The position numbers and the translations under genes were made by a program. Below the pieces are notes generated by a model. That model searched no databases. It was not told where the DNA came from and saw only the letters and a list, made by a program, of their open reading frames with translations. A DNA stretch of 64,000 bases from the human T2T-CHM13v2.0 reference genome, Homo sapiens: NCBI RefSeq assembly GCF_009914755.1, contig NC_060941.1. The stretch is one strand, 5' to 3'. Below, piece by piece: positions 1-18,387 of this stretch (its first letter is position 1; the number at the start of each line of letters is the position of its first letter).

Positions 1-1304
1 CGCAGTTTCAGGATATCCTGATTCCTGGGCCTCCCCCACCCACTCTCCAGGCCTCTACAACTCAGACCCCTAGAATCTCCTAAGCACTGCTCCTGTTGCC
101 AAAACAGGCTGGGAAATTTGGGGAATGTCAGCCAGCTGGGCATTAGGATAACATGAGCCTGAGGCTGAGAAGTGTTTCCACATCCTTTGAGATCGGCAAG
201 AGGGTCCGAGGTGGCTACTCCCTGGTCTCTCTCTCTAGAACACCCTCAGGCCAGGCAACCTCCGGGTCGAGGGGCCGCATCGCCCAGAACCTGCACCCCT
301 TTCTAGGGCACTCCAGGGAAGCCCCTGCCCACACAGCCGCAGCCAACCAGCCGGTGGCTATAAAGATACACTTATCAAGGCAGGGGGACAGAACACTCTC
401 TTTAAATGTTTCATTGGCATAATTTAAACTTTTGTCTTGTTTAAAAATTTATTTATTCAGTATTCGATTGAAACATAATCTGCATAAAGTGCCCAGATCT
501 CACTGTAATTTATAACTTTTTTTTTTTTAATAGAGATGAAATCTAACTCTGTTGCCCAGGCTGGTCTCAAACTCCTGGGTTCAAGCAATCCTCCCACCTC
601 AGCCTCCCAAAGTGCTGGGATTATAGGTGTGAACCACCTCGCCCAGATGACAACTTTACTATTTTGCCATCTTGTCTGGGACTTCTGTCTGTACTCTTGC
701 CCAAGCCAAGCAAATGTTAGGGTGTGCCGGGGCAGGCCACAGCCAGGCTGCAGGACACTGGGGCCCTGAAACATCCTTTTAGCAGCCAGGGAAGGGGACG
801 GCAACAGGAAGAAATGAGAAGAGAGAGTCCAGAGACTGCCCTGCAGCCCCACCTCCACCACACACTGGCACTGTGCAGCCGAGAGTCGCTCAGCCTCTCT
901 GAACACCAGCGTCCTTACCCACCTAAGAGGCCTGCTGGGGCCCTGGCCACTCCCATGAGGTTGTTGTGCAAATTAAATAAAGCAACAGATGAACAAAGCA
1001 ATGCATTTATTTGTTGCAAGTCATTCACACGAATGACAAGGGGCCAGGCAGGCCTGAGGGATCACTAACCCATCTTTTGTCCCTCCCTTTGGAAGCAGCA
1101 GGGCTGAGGGACTCACCCAGCCTGCCATGAGCCAGACTTAACACCCCCCAGACCCTCCTTCCGGGAGGACAGCTGCTGTTAGTTACACGTTCTGGAAGAG
1201 GAACCAAATGCACTCTCACGTGCTGTGGCCCAGGGCCTTTAGAGCCCTGGCTCGGAAAATAACCTGGGCTGTGCGACCCTGGAGCCTCGCCTGCCCTGGC
1301 TCAC

Positions 1305-1485
1305 CTGGGTGGTGCTCCCCCAGCCCCTGCAGCCCCTCCGGCGGGTGCACGCAGACATTGTTCTTGGAGTAGATGATCTCTCCATCCAGGACAGAGGGGG
1401 ACCCGCTGCCGCTGCCACCGGGGGTGAGGGTCAGGAGGTCCGAGGCTTTGGAGGAGGCCCTGCGAAGGAGGCGGCCCAGAGACAT
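1305..1485 (-). CDS. TBC1D16: TBC1 domain family member 16 (Rab GAP), first coding exon (exon 2), 181 coding nt; gene continues left of the window
   Basis: Translation MSLGRLLRRASSKASDLLTLTPGGSGSGSPSVLDGEIIYSKNNVCVHPPEGLQGLGEHHPG recognised as the TBC1D16 N-terminus; minus-strand donor CAG|GTGAG at 1305/1304. Confidence 0.95.
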
Positions 1486-1547
1486 TGCCGGGCAAGTGTT
1501 TCCATCCTCCGCATGCGTCGGCCCGGGCAGGGCTCGTCAAGACCTGC
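1486..1547 (-). other. TBC1D16: TBC1D16 exon 2, 5'UTR portion
   Basis: Minus-strand pyrimidine tract CTCCTCTCTCTTCCTCCCCCAG ends at 1548, 62 nt upstream of the ATG. Confidence 0.85.
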
Positions 1548-1990
1548 CTGGGGGAGGAAGAGAGAGGAGATGGTCAAGGTTGTGGACTTGCGTTCTGTCT
1601 CACAGCAGTACGTGTCGCCTCGGCACCCGGTGGGTTCTGGTTAACCACAGGAGCGTGTCCTGCTGGTGAACAGCTCTGTACAGGGTAGGCCACGTTCTCC
1701 ATCTTGGCCAGGCCACCCTGTCCATCGCAGGAGGCTGAGCAGCGTCCCTCGGCTCAACCTGTGGATGCCACCAGCACCTCCCTTCCCAGTACGAAAACTA
1801 GAACATCTCCAGGCTTTGCCAAATGTGCCCTGGAGGGCAAAATCCCTCCCAAGGAGAACCACTAAGCTACAGAAACCCTGTTCCCACCTTAGCAATTTCA
1901 CAAAAACCTCCACAAAAACGTTTTTTTCACAAAAAAAAACGTTTTCTTTTCTCAGTTTCCCACCTGCATCAGCACAAATGAGCCCTTCTA

Positions 1991-2317
<327 letters not shown>

Positions 2318-3148
2318 TTATAAACTAAAGGATTAGTATACAGAATATATAAAGAACTCCTATAAATTCATGGTGAAAAGGAGCAACATCTCAACAGAAA
2401 AAAATGGGTGCTCCACACAAGAGGAAAACCAAAGAACTGATAAATATGTAAAGAGATTCTCAGTTCCAAACAAAAATTCAACACCCAACAAACCAGCAAA
2501 AAGCAATTTTAAGTCAAAAAATACTGAGGATGAGGGAAAGGGGAGCTGTCACCAGTCCTGTCTCCTCCAATGCGGGAGCAACATGGCAGAATCTGGCACC
2601 ACTGAGAAGGCCCAAAGCCCCCTGAAATTCCTCCCTTAGGAAATACCTGAGGGTGGTTCTTCAAACTGCAATTTGCAGCCCTATCATAGATCCTGAAATC
2701 AATTTAGTGGGTCAACACCAGCATAAGAAGAAAAAAAGAAAAAAAAAATAGAAAATGCCCTTGAACCCTGGCCATAGGTAGGCTCAGCACTGGGTCAGAG
2801 AACTTCTGCCCCGTGAGGACACATTCATGTGGGTAAGACGACCTGGGACGTATGAAATGTATATATAATGCGCTGTGACCTGAAACATGTGATGACTCTG
2901 CCTGGAGGAACCCAAGGAAACACCTAATCAAATGCTTTGCAGCCAGTTTCTACCAACAAAAATGAAACCACCAAACCTCTAGATAGCAGATGAGAACCAA
3001 CTAGACTTCTATACACACATGGAGCTCACAAACACACACACCAAGCCACGCCAAGGAACGACCGTGTCAGTGAAGAGGCAGGCACAGCTGGGCACAATGA
3101 CTCATGCCTGTAATCCAAGCACTTTGGGGGGCCGAGGCAGGTGGATCA

Positions 3149-3430
<282 letters not shown>

Positions 3431-3762
3431 TCACTGATGGGGGATGTCCAGGACTCTGACCACAGCTGGGCTGCGTGCAGGCCGGCTTCACAAAAGTCTG
3501 CAGAGGTCAGGGGGCTGGGAGACGACAGCCACAGAGGGGCTTCACCTTCACCTCTTTGAAGGAAGAAAAGACTTGAAGCCAACATGATAAGAATTAGCAA
3601 CTGGGAGTGAATAAACCAAATGTGGTACAGTGGAATATTATTTGGCCTTAAAAGAAAGGAAATTCTGACTGGGAGCGGTGGCTCACACCTGTAATCCCAG
3701 CACTTTGGGAGGCCGAGATGGGCGGATCACCTGAGGTCAGGAGTTCGAGATCAGCCTGGTCA

Positions 3763-4014
<252 letters not shown>

Positions 4015-5084
4015 TTATTTGGCCTTGAAAAGAAAGTCTGACGCCTGCTACAGCACGGATGAACCCCGAAAACATTGCGCTAAGTGAAACAAATCAGTCA
4101 CAAGAGACAAGCACTGTAGGATTCTACTCGTGTGAGGTCCCTAGAGCAGTTAGGTTCATAGAGACAGGAAGTGGAATGGTGGGTGCCAGGGGGTGAGGTG
4201 GGGGGAATAGGGAGGTCGTGTTTAAGGGGGACAGAGCTTCAGCTTGGGAGGATGAAAGCGTCCTGGAGGTGGACAGTGGCGGCGGCTCTACAACATGATC
4301 GTACTCAATGCCGCTGAACCTGATACTTAAAAATGGTTAAAGTGGTAAGTTTTATGTTATATGTATTTTACCACAATAAAAAAGTTAAAAATTATCTATT
4401 AGTGGAGGGTCTCCGGGTATATGATCTTGTTCTTTGAACTTTCTGCATTTTTTACATTTCTCCAAAGATCCAGAGCTGGTTGAGGGTGGTCCCTAAATCA
4501 AGTCCCTTTCACCTCCAGCACTTGGCTAGGCTCTGGGACAGAGGGTGGGTGGGTGGGTGGAGGGGTCCCCACTGGCTCAGCAGAACTGGCTCCCAGCCTG
4601 GCAGGAGGCAGGGGGCAGATGTCAGTGGTGATGGCCACCGTCCCAGGACCAGGCGGCTCAGCACTCTCTGCCTCTCTGGGTTCCTCTCCTCTGACCCCCT
4701 CCATGCTTCAGCCTCCCCCAGCCCTGTTTGTGTATTTCCAATTGTCTCCATGGCTGCTGACTTCCCAAGCACAATATTCCAAAGATGTTCCAGCCAGCCC
4801 AGGAGTGGCCTTCCCATTCCCATGTCTTTCCTCTGACAGATCCATCACCCCCATCTCCCCATCTCAGAGATCCCGACGTCAACATCACTTGTGAAAATCA
4901 CCAGTTCTGGGGGTGGGGACCCAGCTCAGATCCTCACCTCCTCAGCCTTGAGCCACAGACGCCCTCTGCCTGATCTCAACCGTCTCCAGGGCCCTCATCC
5001 ACTCAGCTCTCCCTAGCCCACCCCTTTTTAGGCTCCCTCAACATGTCCAATGAAGGCTGCAGAAGAAAGTCGACCCCTTGGTGC

Positions 5085-5872
<788 letters not shown>

Positions 5873-6213
5873 TTAAAAAAATCACACTGCAAACTACAAA
5901 TCAAAAAACATATTGTCCTTCCCAATAATCACATGGAAAAGCTATGTTCTGTTCTAATGTTATCCAGAATAGTTTAAGAATTCAAGAATTCTTCAAGAAT
6001 TGCAAGGTCAGTTAATAAGCCCTGCAAGAAAATTGCTCGCCGTCCTCTAGACCAGCCATGTCCAACAGAAACACTGCAGGAGACATAGATACAATTTTAA
6101 ATTTTCTGGTAAGCAAAAAAAAAAAAAAAAGTGAAATTAATTTTAATAATTTTTAGCATAATATATCCAAAATATTATTATTTCAGCATATAGTCAATAT
6201 GAAAACATTATTT

Positions 6214-6518
<305 letters not shown>

Positions 6519-7814
6519 GAAAAAATTATTAATGAAATCTTTTACATTCTTTTTTTTTTTTTAGAGACAGGTTGTCACCCAGGCTAGAGTGCAGTGGTGT
6601 GATCACAGCTCACTGTATTCTGAAACTCCTGGGCTCAAGGAATCCTCCTGCCCAGTCTCCCAAATAGCCTGGACTAAAGGCACATGCCACCAGGTCCCGC
6701 TAATTTTTTTATTTTTTGTAGAGATGAGGTTTCACTTTTTTGCCCAGGCTGGTCTTGAACTTCTGGCCTCAAGTGATCCTCCTGCCTCAGCCTTCCAAAG
6801 TGTTAGGATTACAGGCGGGAGCCACCGCACCTGGCCTATTTTATGTCCTTAAAGTCTCCAAAGTCTGCTGTGCATTTTGCACTTAAGCACGTCAAAGTTC
6901 TGCTCAGCCACGTTTTGGGTGCTCTGTAGCCTGCGCGGTGTCCACACTGGACAAGGCCGCAGCGGGGCTGGAGCCCACCTCCTTCTGTGTTTCAAATGGC
7001 TCTACTCAGTGTGATCGCTCCAGTTGCCAGAGCTGGCTGCACACAGCTCTCAGCTGCTTCCCCAAATCAAAACCCTCTTTAAGTGAAAATGTTTTGCCAG
7101 CACTGAGGATAATCAAAAGAATGTGCTGGAAGCTTTAAAGGAGATTCCGAAATACAAGTGTTCAAAATACAGCATTTTCTCCCATACCATGACAGGCAGA
7201 ACCTCACTGTGGCTCTGCGAGGTGCGTCCCAACAGTGCAGCTTTACGGAGGAGAAGACAGGTTCTGACCACTCAGGGTCATTTCGTGAGCGGGAAACCCT
7301 GCAGCGTGAGACCTTCGTCCCCCACGTGCAGAACTCCGGCTCCTCCATCACCCGCCACCTGGGACACCAGGACAACCCCCCCCGCCCCTCCCAGATTGTT
7401 CTGGAGAGACTGGGCTCTTTTTGGAGAAATGGAGCATGTCTATTAAACATTAGACAGGACTGTTTGCTCTCTAAAAACAATTCTCCTTATTTGTAAAGTG
7501 CATTTGCTGTTTCGCAAGAGGCTATTTCATCGAAATCCAACCTAGTTCCCAACCTCTGGTCACCAGCAAACTAGAAGTGGAGAATCCTTGGCCCATTTTT
7601 TAAAACTTTTTTTTAGTTATGAAACACACTCAGAGAAGGAAAAGGAAGAATACGTGTCCCTTAAATCACATAATCCTAAGACATTTATGTATTCTCTACT
7701 ATATTTTGTGCCCTATAATGAATGAGTTAATGAAAAACCCACTCCTTGGAATTATATCATATCTTGCTTTCAGTTGGATCATAAATATATTTTCCCAGGT
7801 GAAGTATACTTATG

Positions 7815-8205
7815 ATATAACAAACTTTAGGGTTGAAGTACATCCCCTAAAATTCCTGTGTTGAAGTCTTAAACCCCAGTACCCAAGAATGAAACTGTTT
7901 TTGAAGACAGCATCTTTATAGAGGTGATCAAGTTACCTTGAGGTCAATATGACTGGTGTCTTTATAAAAAGAGGAAGTTGGTAGCAGGTGCCTATATACA
8001 AGGAGAGTGCTGTGTGAATACAATGATGCCACCTACCAGCAAGGAGCAGGCCTGGAGCAGCCCCTCCCTCACAGCCTCCTAAGGAAACAATCCTGCCGAC
8101 ACCTTGATCTTAGACTTCCTGCCTCCAGGGCTGTCAGAGAGATTTCTATTGCTCAAGCCACCTGGACCCTGGTACTTTGTTAGGGCAGCCCTAGCAAACA
8201 AATAT
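7815..8205 (+). mobile_element. MLT1-family (ERVL-MaLR) solo LTR
   Basis: MLT1 motifs CCTGCCGACACCTTGATCTTAGACTTC...GGTACTTTGTTAGGGCAGCCCTAGCAAAC. Confidence 0.7.
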
Positions 8206-8226
8206 ACCACATTATTAACACATTTA

Positions 8227-8570
<344 letters not shown>

Positions 8571-8809
8571 TCATAGAATCAGCCGCCATTGCTAGGCATC
8601 TGGCTTCCAACTAGTGGCTACTGAAATAATAAACTCCACATTTTAATACATAAATCTTCATCTGTATCCTCATTATTTCCAGGATTACTGTTTCCCCAGG
8701 AGGATAAACTGGACCCCAACTCGTATTGCCCAGTGGGTTCCCCGAAATGTAAGAGTGCTGCCAGGGATTTAAATCTCCACCAGGCTGGGAACTGAAAAAT
8801 GGTTTTCTG

Positions 8810-9407
<598 letters not shown>

Positions 9408-9543
9408 TCACTTGTGAATTATCTGTTGGTGTGCTTTGACAATTTTTCTGCTGGCGTGGTGGAATTCTTATTATTTTTAATACAGAGATTAAGCTGAGAT
9501 GGAATTTTCATTGATATGTAAGAACTCTTTATATAGTAAAGAT

Positions 9544-9877
9544 CACTACATACACACCATAGACACACACCATAGATACATACATCACGCACCACATACC
9601 ATAGGCACACACCATAGGCACACTGCATAAACATCACAGACACACACACCACACACCACAGACACACACACTGCACACACCATAGACACATCACACACAC
9701 AACCCCATAGGCACACACCACACTCTACACACACACCATAGACACACACATCCACCACAGATGCACACATACCATGACACACCCAGGCACACACACTATG
9801 ACACACACACACCATGACACACAAACACACACCATGACACACACCATGACACACACAAACACATACCATGACACACA
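9544..9877. repeat. CA-rich repeat block, diverged copy of ~13432-13765
   Basis: Shared non-periodic markers CTGCATAAACATCAC, CAACCCCATAGG, CACTCTACAC, CAGATGCACACATACC in the same order. Confidence 0.9.
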
Positions 9878-10185
9878 TGTATTTCTCCTAATTTGTTGTT
9901 TGCCTTTTATTTATATTACCTATTTTGACATACGGAGGTTTAAAACTTTTATGTAAATTGATGGTAACTTTTTCTTAGTAACTTCCTTTATTACTTTTAT
10001 ACTTAATATAATCCTTTCCAAGCTAAAGATCGTTAAACATTGGTCTATATTTTCTTCTATGTTCAATGAACTACTTTTAATGTTTCAAAAGCCTAATTCA
10101 AAGCATATATTTACCTGAAAGGGACTCACATGTTAACTAAAGTATCGAGCAGTTCATTGAGTGTTTATGTTGTTTTTATTGCTAG

Positions 10186-10699
<514 letters not shown>

Positions 10700-10756
10700 T
10701 AGCTAGGATTACAGGCACCTGCCATTACACCTGGCTAATTTTTGTATTTTTAGTAG

Positions 10757-10885
<129 letters not shown>

Positions 10886-12249
10886 TAAAACTTTATGGAC
10901 AATTTTAAGAGGTGCCTTGGCCGTGACCCGGAGGCCTATGTGGTTTGGCCCACCTCATGGTCCACACCCTCTCAGCTGCCGCAACGCTGCACATGTGACA
11001 AACACGTGTGTGAGATCCACGGTTCTCATACTATCACACGCTCTGGTGAGAGTAATGGCTCATCACAGGCAAGATTTACCGCGAAATGGGACAGGCGGGG
11101 TCATTTTAACTTCCTCCCCAGGCCACCCCCTCCACCCTGCTGAAAGCACCTGCAATAAAATACGTTTTCAGAAATTCACCAGATGTCCCTTCCAAAGATC
11201 AAGCCCAGCTGCTCCCCTCCCCTTGATGGGCAGGCGGCCCTCCAGGGGTATTGCGAACGGGCTCCAGCGACAGCTGCTCGGAGGCTACCATGGGACAGTA
11301 CCCGGGCAGCCACAGCCCTCCATGCCCTCCTTCCGCCCCGCAGTCCCAGCATGAAGCCACAGTTCCCCATGAGCCCAGGGCAAGCTCGTCAGAGACCCTT
11401 CCCTGCGGAGGCCCACAGCCCCTGCGGCCACTTCTTCCCCGAATCTCAATCCTGCTTCGTGTGGCCACTGCTGAAAGAGACGCTCAGTGCCACTTAGAGC
11501 GCACAGCCCACTGGTCCAGGCTGTGCACACCCAGGGACCCTTCCAGGCATTCCTCACCTCGGTGCAGGCCAGGAGCGAGAACTGCTGCCGGCCCCCCCCC
11601 CACCGGCTCAGGGCGTGGCTGGGGTGGCCCTGCTCCTCGGTGGCCCGCCTGGCCCCGCTGTGGGCTTCCCTCCCACCACCCCGGCCACAGTCACAGCGGG
11701 TTGTGTCAGGCCGCCCTCATCTCCCACCTCCCAGGCCCAGCTGGCGCCTCCAGCCCTGGTGTGAATTTCCATTCAGGGTCCAAAATCCACCTTGGCAGCG
11801 CCCTCATTCTGCAGCTCCACGGAGTCCTCCAGCCAGAGAAGAGAAATCTGAGTTTAACCCGATCCTGTCAGAAGAGCGGGAGGAAAGAGCTCCGGCGGAC
11901 AGGGCTCCCAGGCCCCTCCAGGACGAGGTTGGAGGACCAAGCGCAGAAGGTAAGGACGCAGCCCTCGGCGAGTGCGGGCGGGGCCCAAATCCCTCGCCGG
12001 CCGGCTAAGCAGAAGCGGCTTTTGGCTTTCCGCGACAAAGCGCAGCTCCGGGCCAGACGGTCCTGCCCGGCCCAGCTCCGGGCCAGACGGTCCTGCCCGG
12101 CCCTACCCGCAGCCCCGGCCCCAACCAGAGGCCCCACTTCAGCCCACCAGGCAGGACTGCAGCGGGGCACGCCCCACGGACCCCAGCCCCTTGGAGATCC
12201 CAAACCCCATGCCTGCTGCTCCCACCCCGGAGGAGTCAGAGGCCGAGAA

Positions 12250-13882
12250 GCACACACACCATAGACCCCACACCACGCACACCATAGACACACATACCAC
12301 ACACCACACACCATACCACACACAACACACACCACAGACACACACACCATACACCATAGACACACATACCACACACACCATAGACACACACACTACACAC
12401 CATAGACACACACACCACACACCATAGACACACACCACACGCACCATAGACAAACCACACGCACCATACACACACCACACACCATATACACACACGCCAC
12501 ACACCACACACCATAGGCACACACACCACACACCACACACCATAGACATACACACCACACACCATAAGCACACACACCACACACACCATAGACACACATA
12601 CCACACACCACACACCACACACCATACCACACACCACAACACACACCATAGACACACACACCATACACCATAGACACATACCACACACACCATAGACACA
12701 CACACTACACATCATAGACACACACACCACACACCATAGACACACACCACACGCACCATAGACAAACCACACACACCATACACACACCACACACCATATA
12801 CACACACACCACACACCACACACCATAGGCACACACACCACACACCACACACCATAGACACACACACCACACACCATAAGCACACACACCACACACACCA
12901 TAGACACACATACCACACACCACACACCATACCACACACAACACACACCATAGACACACACACCATACACCATAGACACACATACCACACACATCATAGA
13001 CACACACACTACACATCATAGACACACACACCACACACCATAGACACACACCACACGCACCATAGACAAACCACACACACCATACACACACCACACACCA
13101 TATACACACACACCACACACCACACACCATAGGCACACACACCACACACCATAGGCACACACACCACACACCATACACACACCATAGACACACACACCAC
13201 ACACCATAGACACACACACCACACACCATAAGCACACACACCACACACACCATAGACATACACACCATAGACACACAGACACACATGCCATAGACACACA
13301 TGCCACACATGACACACCATAGTCACACCACACATACACCAGACACCAAGACACACATACTACATACACACCATAGACACACATACCTACCACACACTAC
13401 AAACCATAGGCACATACACCATAGACACACGCACTATATACACACCGTAGACACACACCACAGATACATACATCACACACCACCTACCATAGGCACACTG
13501 CATAAACATCACACACACACACCACACACCATAGAAACACACACCACACACACCATAGACACACCACACACACAACCCCATAGGCACACACCACACTCTA
13601 CACACACACCACAGACACACACACCCACCACAGATGCACACATACCATGACACAACCAGGCACACACACTATGACACACACACACCATGACACACAAACA
13701 CACACCATGACACACACCATACACACACACTATGACACACACACACACATACCATGACACACACACATACACACAAACACCATAGGCACACACAATGACA
13801 CACACGAACACACCAGGACACACACACCATAGACACACACGTACCATGACACACACGCACCCCATGACACACACCACACACA
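12250..13882. repeat. Complex CA-rich minisatellite/VNTR (CACCATAGACACACAC-type units) with ~310 bp higher-order period
   Basis: Directly visible; marker GACAAACC recurs at 12449, 12761, 13065. Confidence 0.95.
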
Positions 13883-14973
13883 GCCACCCTCTGCTCTACC
13901 AGCTTTGCCTCTGTTCTCCGACAGCGCCAGTGTTGACACGCCAGAGGCTGCCTGGGCCCCACTCCTTCCCAGCTGTCTCCAGGATTAGGGAAGCCCCAGG
14001 CGGATCCGGGCCGCAGGAGCCTCCCTACCCAGCCCCCATGCTGGTCTGTCTTGGGTCCATAAACACAAGTCAGCCACCTGTCACCGGGTGGCAGGAAGTG
14101 CAGGCTCTGTGAGCTGGAGGAGGGGGCGCCTAGGCTCTGAGGGCTGAATAAGGGGCCTGGCAAATGCCCCCGGAGAGCCCTGGAGAGTTTTGCAGCAGTC
14201 CTGGCACCTAGGCTTCGGGGCCCGCCTGCTGGGAGCAGCCGCCTGCTAGGAGCACCTCCTTGCTGGAAGCACCCCCCTGCCAGGAGCCCCCCACCCCCAC
14301 CCAGGAGCACCCTCCTGCTAGAGTGCCAGGGAGACACTGCTGCCTAATGGCCAGGAGCTTGCCCAGGGCAGTGACTTCTGGTCCACTTCTGTCCCTTGGT
14401 TGTGTCCCTAAGACCCAGGGACCCTGGAAGGTTCACCTGTCGGTGTCACACGGTTCCTTCTTCACACAGCAGGAACAGAGGTACAGAGAATGGCGTCCAG
14501 GCCTCCTTAAGGACTCTCAATCCATGAGACAGGAAGCCCCACAGGGAAGCAGTGGCCCCCCGCCCCCTATCTCCTCACATACAGCACTCTGTACCTTCTG
14601 CTCATTTTTCTGTAAACCTAAAACTGCTCTAAACAATGAAGTCCGCCACGCAGAAACTGCACACGGATGTTGAGAGCAGCTTTACTCATAACTGCCAACA
14701 CTCAGAAGCAACCGAGATGTTCTCCAACAGCTGAATAAATAAATAAACTGTGATACACCTAAATAATGGAGGATTATTTAATACTAAAAAGAAAGGGGCG
14801 GCCGGGCATGGTGGCTCACGCCAGTAATCCTAGCACTTAGGGAGGCCAAGGCGGGTGGATCACCTGAGGTCAAGAGTTCACGACCAGCCTGGTCAATATG
14901 GCAAAACCCCATCGCTAATTTAAAAATACAAAAATTAGCCAGGCATGGTGGCGCACGCCTGTAATCCCAGCTA

Positions 14974-15153
<180 letters not shown>

Positions 15154-16151
15154 TCAGGAAGCTTGCATCCAAAGAGGTGTGGAGGAGGCGTGGACGAGGG
15201 TGGAGTTGTGTGGACCAATGCCGAGAACAGGCAGGCACTAGAGGCAGGCTGAACAGAGCAGAGTCAAAGACAACGTTTGGTTCCTGGACTGAGAACCCAG
15301 CTGCCGGCAGCCCAAGTTGTCTGATGGGAGAGTTTCCTAATGTCCTTGAATCTGCAAGATGCAAGACTTTGAATGGCCCTTGCCCACAGCAGTGTGGAGC
15401 AGTTGATGCCCATGACCTTAGGGACCTGGAGTCCTGCGGGGTTTGAGGGGGGCAAAGAAAACCATTCGTCCTGGGAGGCAAGGAAGCTGGATGTCAGGAA
15501 GGCTGCCCCAGTATGGAACTCAGAGCAAGGGGGACATCCAGGTTCCCTTCTGCGGGCCTGGGGCTCTTCCTAGGGGCCAGATGCCTTCTCATCAGTACAC
15601 GAACAGAGGCGGGGGCAGCCAGCAGAACTCCTAAGACACAAAATGAGTGAACACTGGAAAGGGAGCTGAGACAGGCCTGCAGCAAAGAACAGACACCAGG
15701 CTTTTCCAATCTATAGGAAGGACTCAGAGTTCATCAAAATCAAAATAGCAATGCAAGATGCTCAAAGCACCTTGTGGCAATTATTACAAATCCCCTCCCC
15801 AAATCCTGAGAGATGAAGATGGATAGAGAAGCTGAGGAGGCTGGGCACGGTAGCTCATGTCTGCAATCCTAACAGTTTCGGGAGTCCGAGGTGGGCGGAT
15901 CGCCTGAGTCCAGGAGTTTGAGACCAGCTTGGGCAACATGGTGAAACCCCGTCTCTACAAAAAAGCAAAAATTAGCTGGGCATGGTGGCATGTGCCTATA
16001 GTCCCAGATACTCAGAAGGCTGAGTCAAGAGAATCGCTTGAGCCCAGGAGTTCGAGATCAGCCTGGGGGACATGGAGAAACCTTGTCTCTACAAAAAAAG
16101 TTTAAAAATTAGCCAGGCTTGGTGGCCTGTGCCTATAGTCTCAGCTACTCA

Positions 16152-16681
<530 letters not shown>

Positions 16682-16987
16682 TCAATAATAAGCTCCCGAG
16701 TGCATGACACCTCCGAGACGCTCCTTTTATAATGTGCCTCCCAGAATGCCATCTTCGTTAAGGTTCCAAATGCCTTGTTTTTGTTGATGGAAAGGATAGC
16801 AATGCCAACTTGGCAGTTGGCACAAAGAATTCACAGATGGATTGAAGCCAAGATCTACAATTTGCATCAGCTTGAGTGTACAAAAAAAAGAAAAGAAAAA
16901 AAGAATAGCCGGGCGCAGTGGCTCACGCCTGTAATCCCAGCACTCTGGAAGGCCGAGGCAGTTGCATCACCTGAAGTCGGGAGTTCA

Positions 16988-17179
<192 letters not shown>

Positions 17180-18387
17180 CTATCTCAAAAAAGAAAAAGA
17201 AAAAAAAGAATGATTTTAGAAGGCAAAAAGTAAAAGCGTCAATGCTGATTCTAAACCATCAGACCGGGGCATGATGACCAGTTGATTTTTTTTTTTTTTG
17301 AGACAGAGTCTCGCTCTGTCGCCCAGGCTGGAGTGCAGTGGCGCAATCTAAGGTCACTGCAATCTCCGCCTCCTGGGTTCAAGCAATTCTCCAGAGTAGC
17401 TGGAATTACAGGCGCGCGCCACCACACCCAGCTAACTTTTGTATTTTTTTTAGTATAGACGGGGTTTCACCATGTGGGCCAAGATGGTTTCAATCTCCTG
17501 ACCTCGTGATCCGCCTACCTCGACCTCCCAAAGCGCCGGGATTACACGCGTGAGCCACCGCCCCGAGCCGACCAGTTGATTTCTGTGCTGCTCAAAGCCA
17601 TTGGTGACCAGTAGGTAGGGCCAGATTTCTGCAAAATAGGCCATTGTGTAATTCGAAAGGAAAGAACAACTTGGCCATTCCTCAACAAAAATACACAGGC
17701 TCATAAAACAAAAAACTGTGCAGAAACTCCTCCACCAGAGAGTCATTCTTTCCCAGAAACCTGCAACTCTTTAAGAATTAGAGCACCATTGAGAAGCATG
17801 GAGTCGCAGCACCTGCAGCTGGCAGGGGTGTTAAACTGGTGATAAAGGTAGCTGAAGTCTGCTTCCAGGACGAGAGCGCTTTGAGGGGGCTGGAGTAGGG
17901 GGAGCTGCCTGCAAGGTGAAGACGTGGGAAACCTCAGAAGCCCTAAGGAGAGAGGGGCGGGCAGGGGAGGAGAGGGGCAGCAGATCTATTCTTTCACAAT
18001 GCTGTTGGGAACTGGCCAGGCTGTTGGGTTGGAGCTGACACAGGGCGCAGCTGTGAGCCTGCTGTTAACCACACATGTTCCCTTCCCGTCCCCTAGGAGC
18101 CACTTGGCCACTGAAACTTGGCCTGGAACAGCCAAAGATTTGGTGACTCACTGTGTGAGCAGTGGGGGTGGGTCTTCTCTAGCAAATATTCACAGGGCAT
18201 GAGGTTAGGACATCTACTACCCAAAATTCACTGCCCAAGATTTGGTGACTTATACCCTAGAAAAGAGAGTCCTCCTCAATGTAGAAAGTGGCAAAGTCAC
18301 CAGAAAACCAGAAATGAGCAAACACAGATAAAGAAATGACACAACCGTCTCCCCTCTTGTCTCCTTTTGAAAGCCCTCATTCCACGC

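Noticed and set aside
11251-12264. 337-aa plus-strand ORF
   Set aside because: Non-ATG start, GC-rich Pro/Arg/Gly composition, overlapping ORFs in several frames, no recognisable domain
11868-13939. Many long Cys/Val- or His/Thr-rich ORFs
   Set aside because: Translation artefacts of the CA/TG repeat, which lacks stop codons
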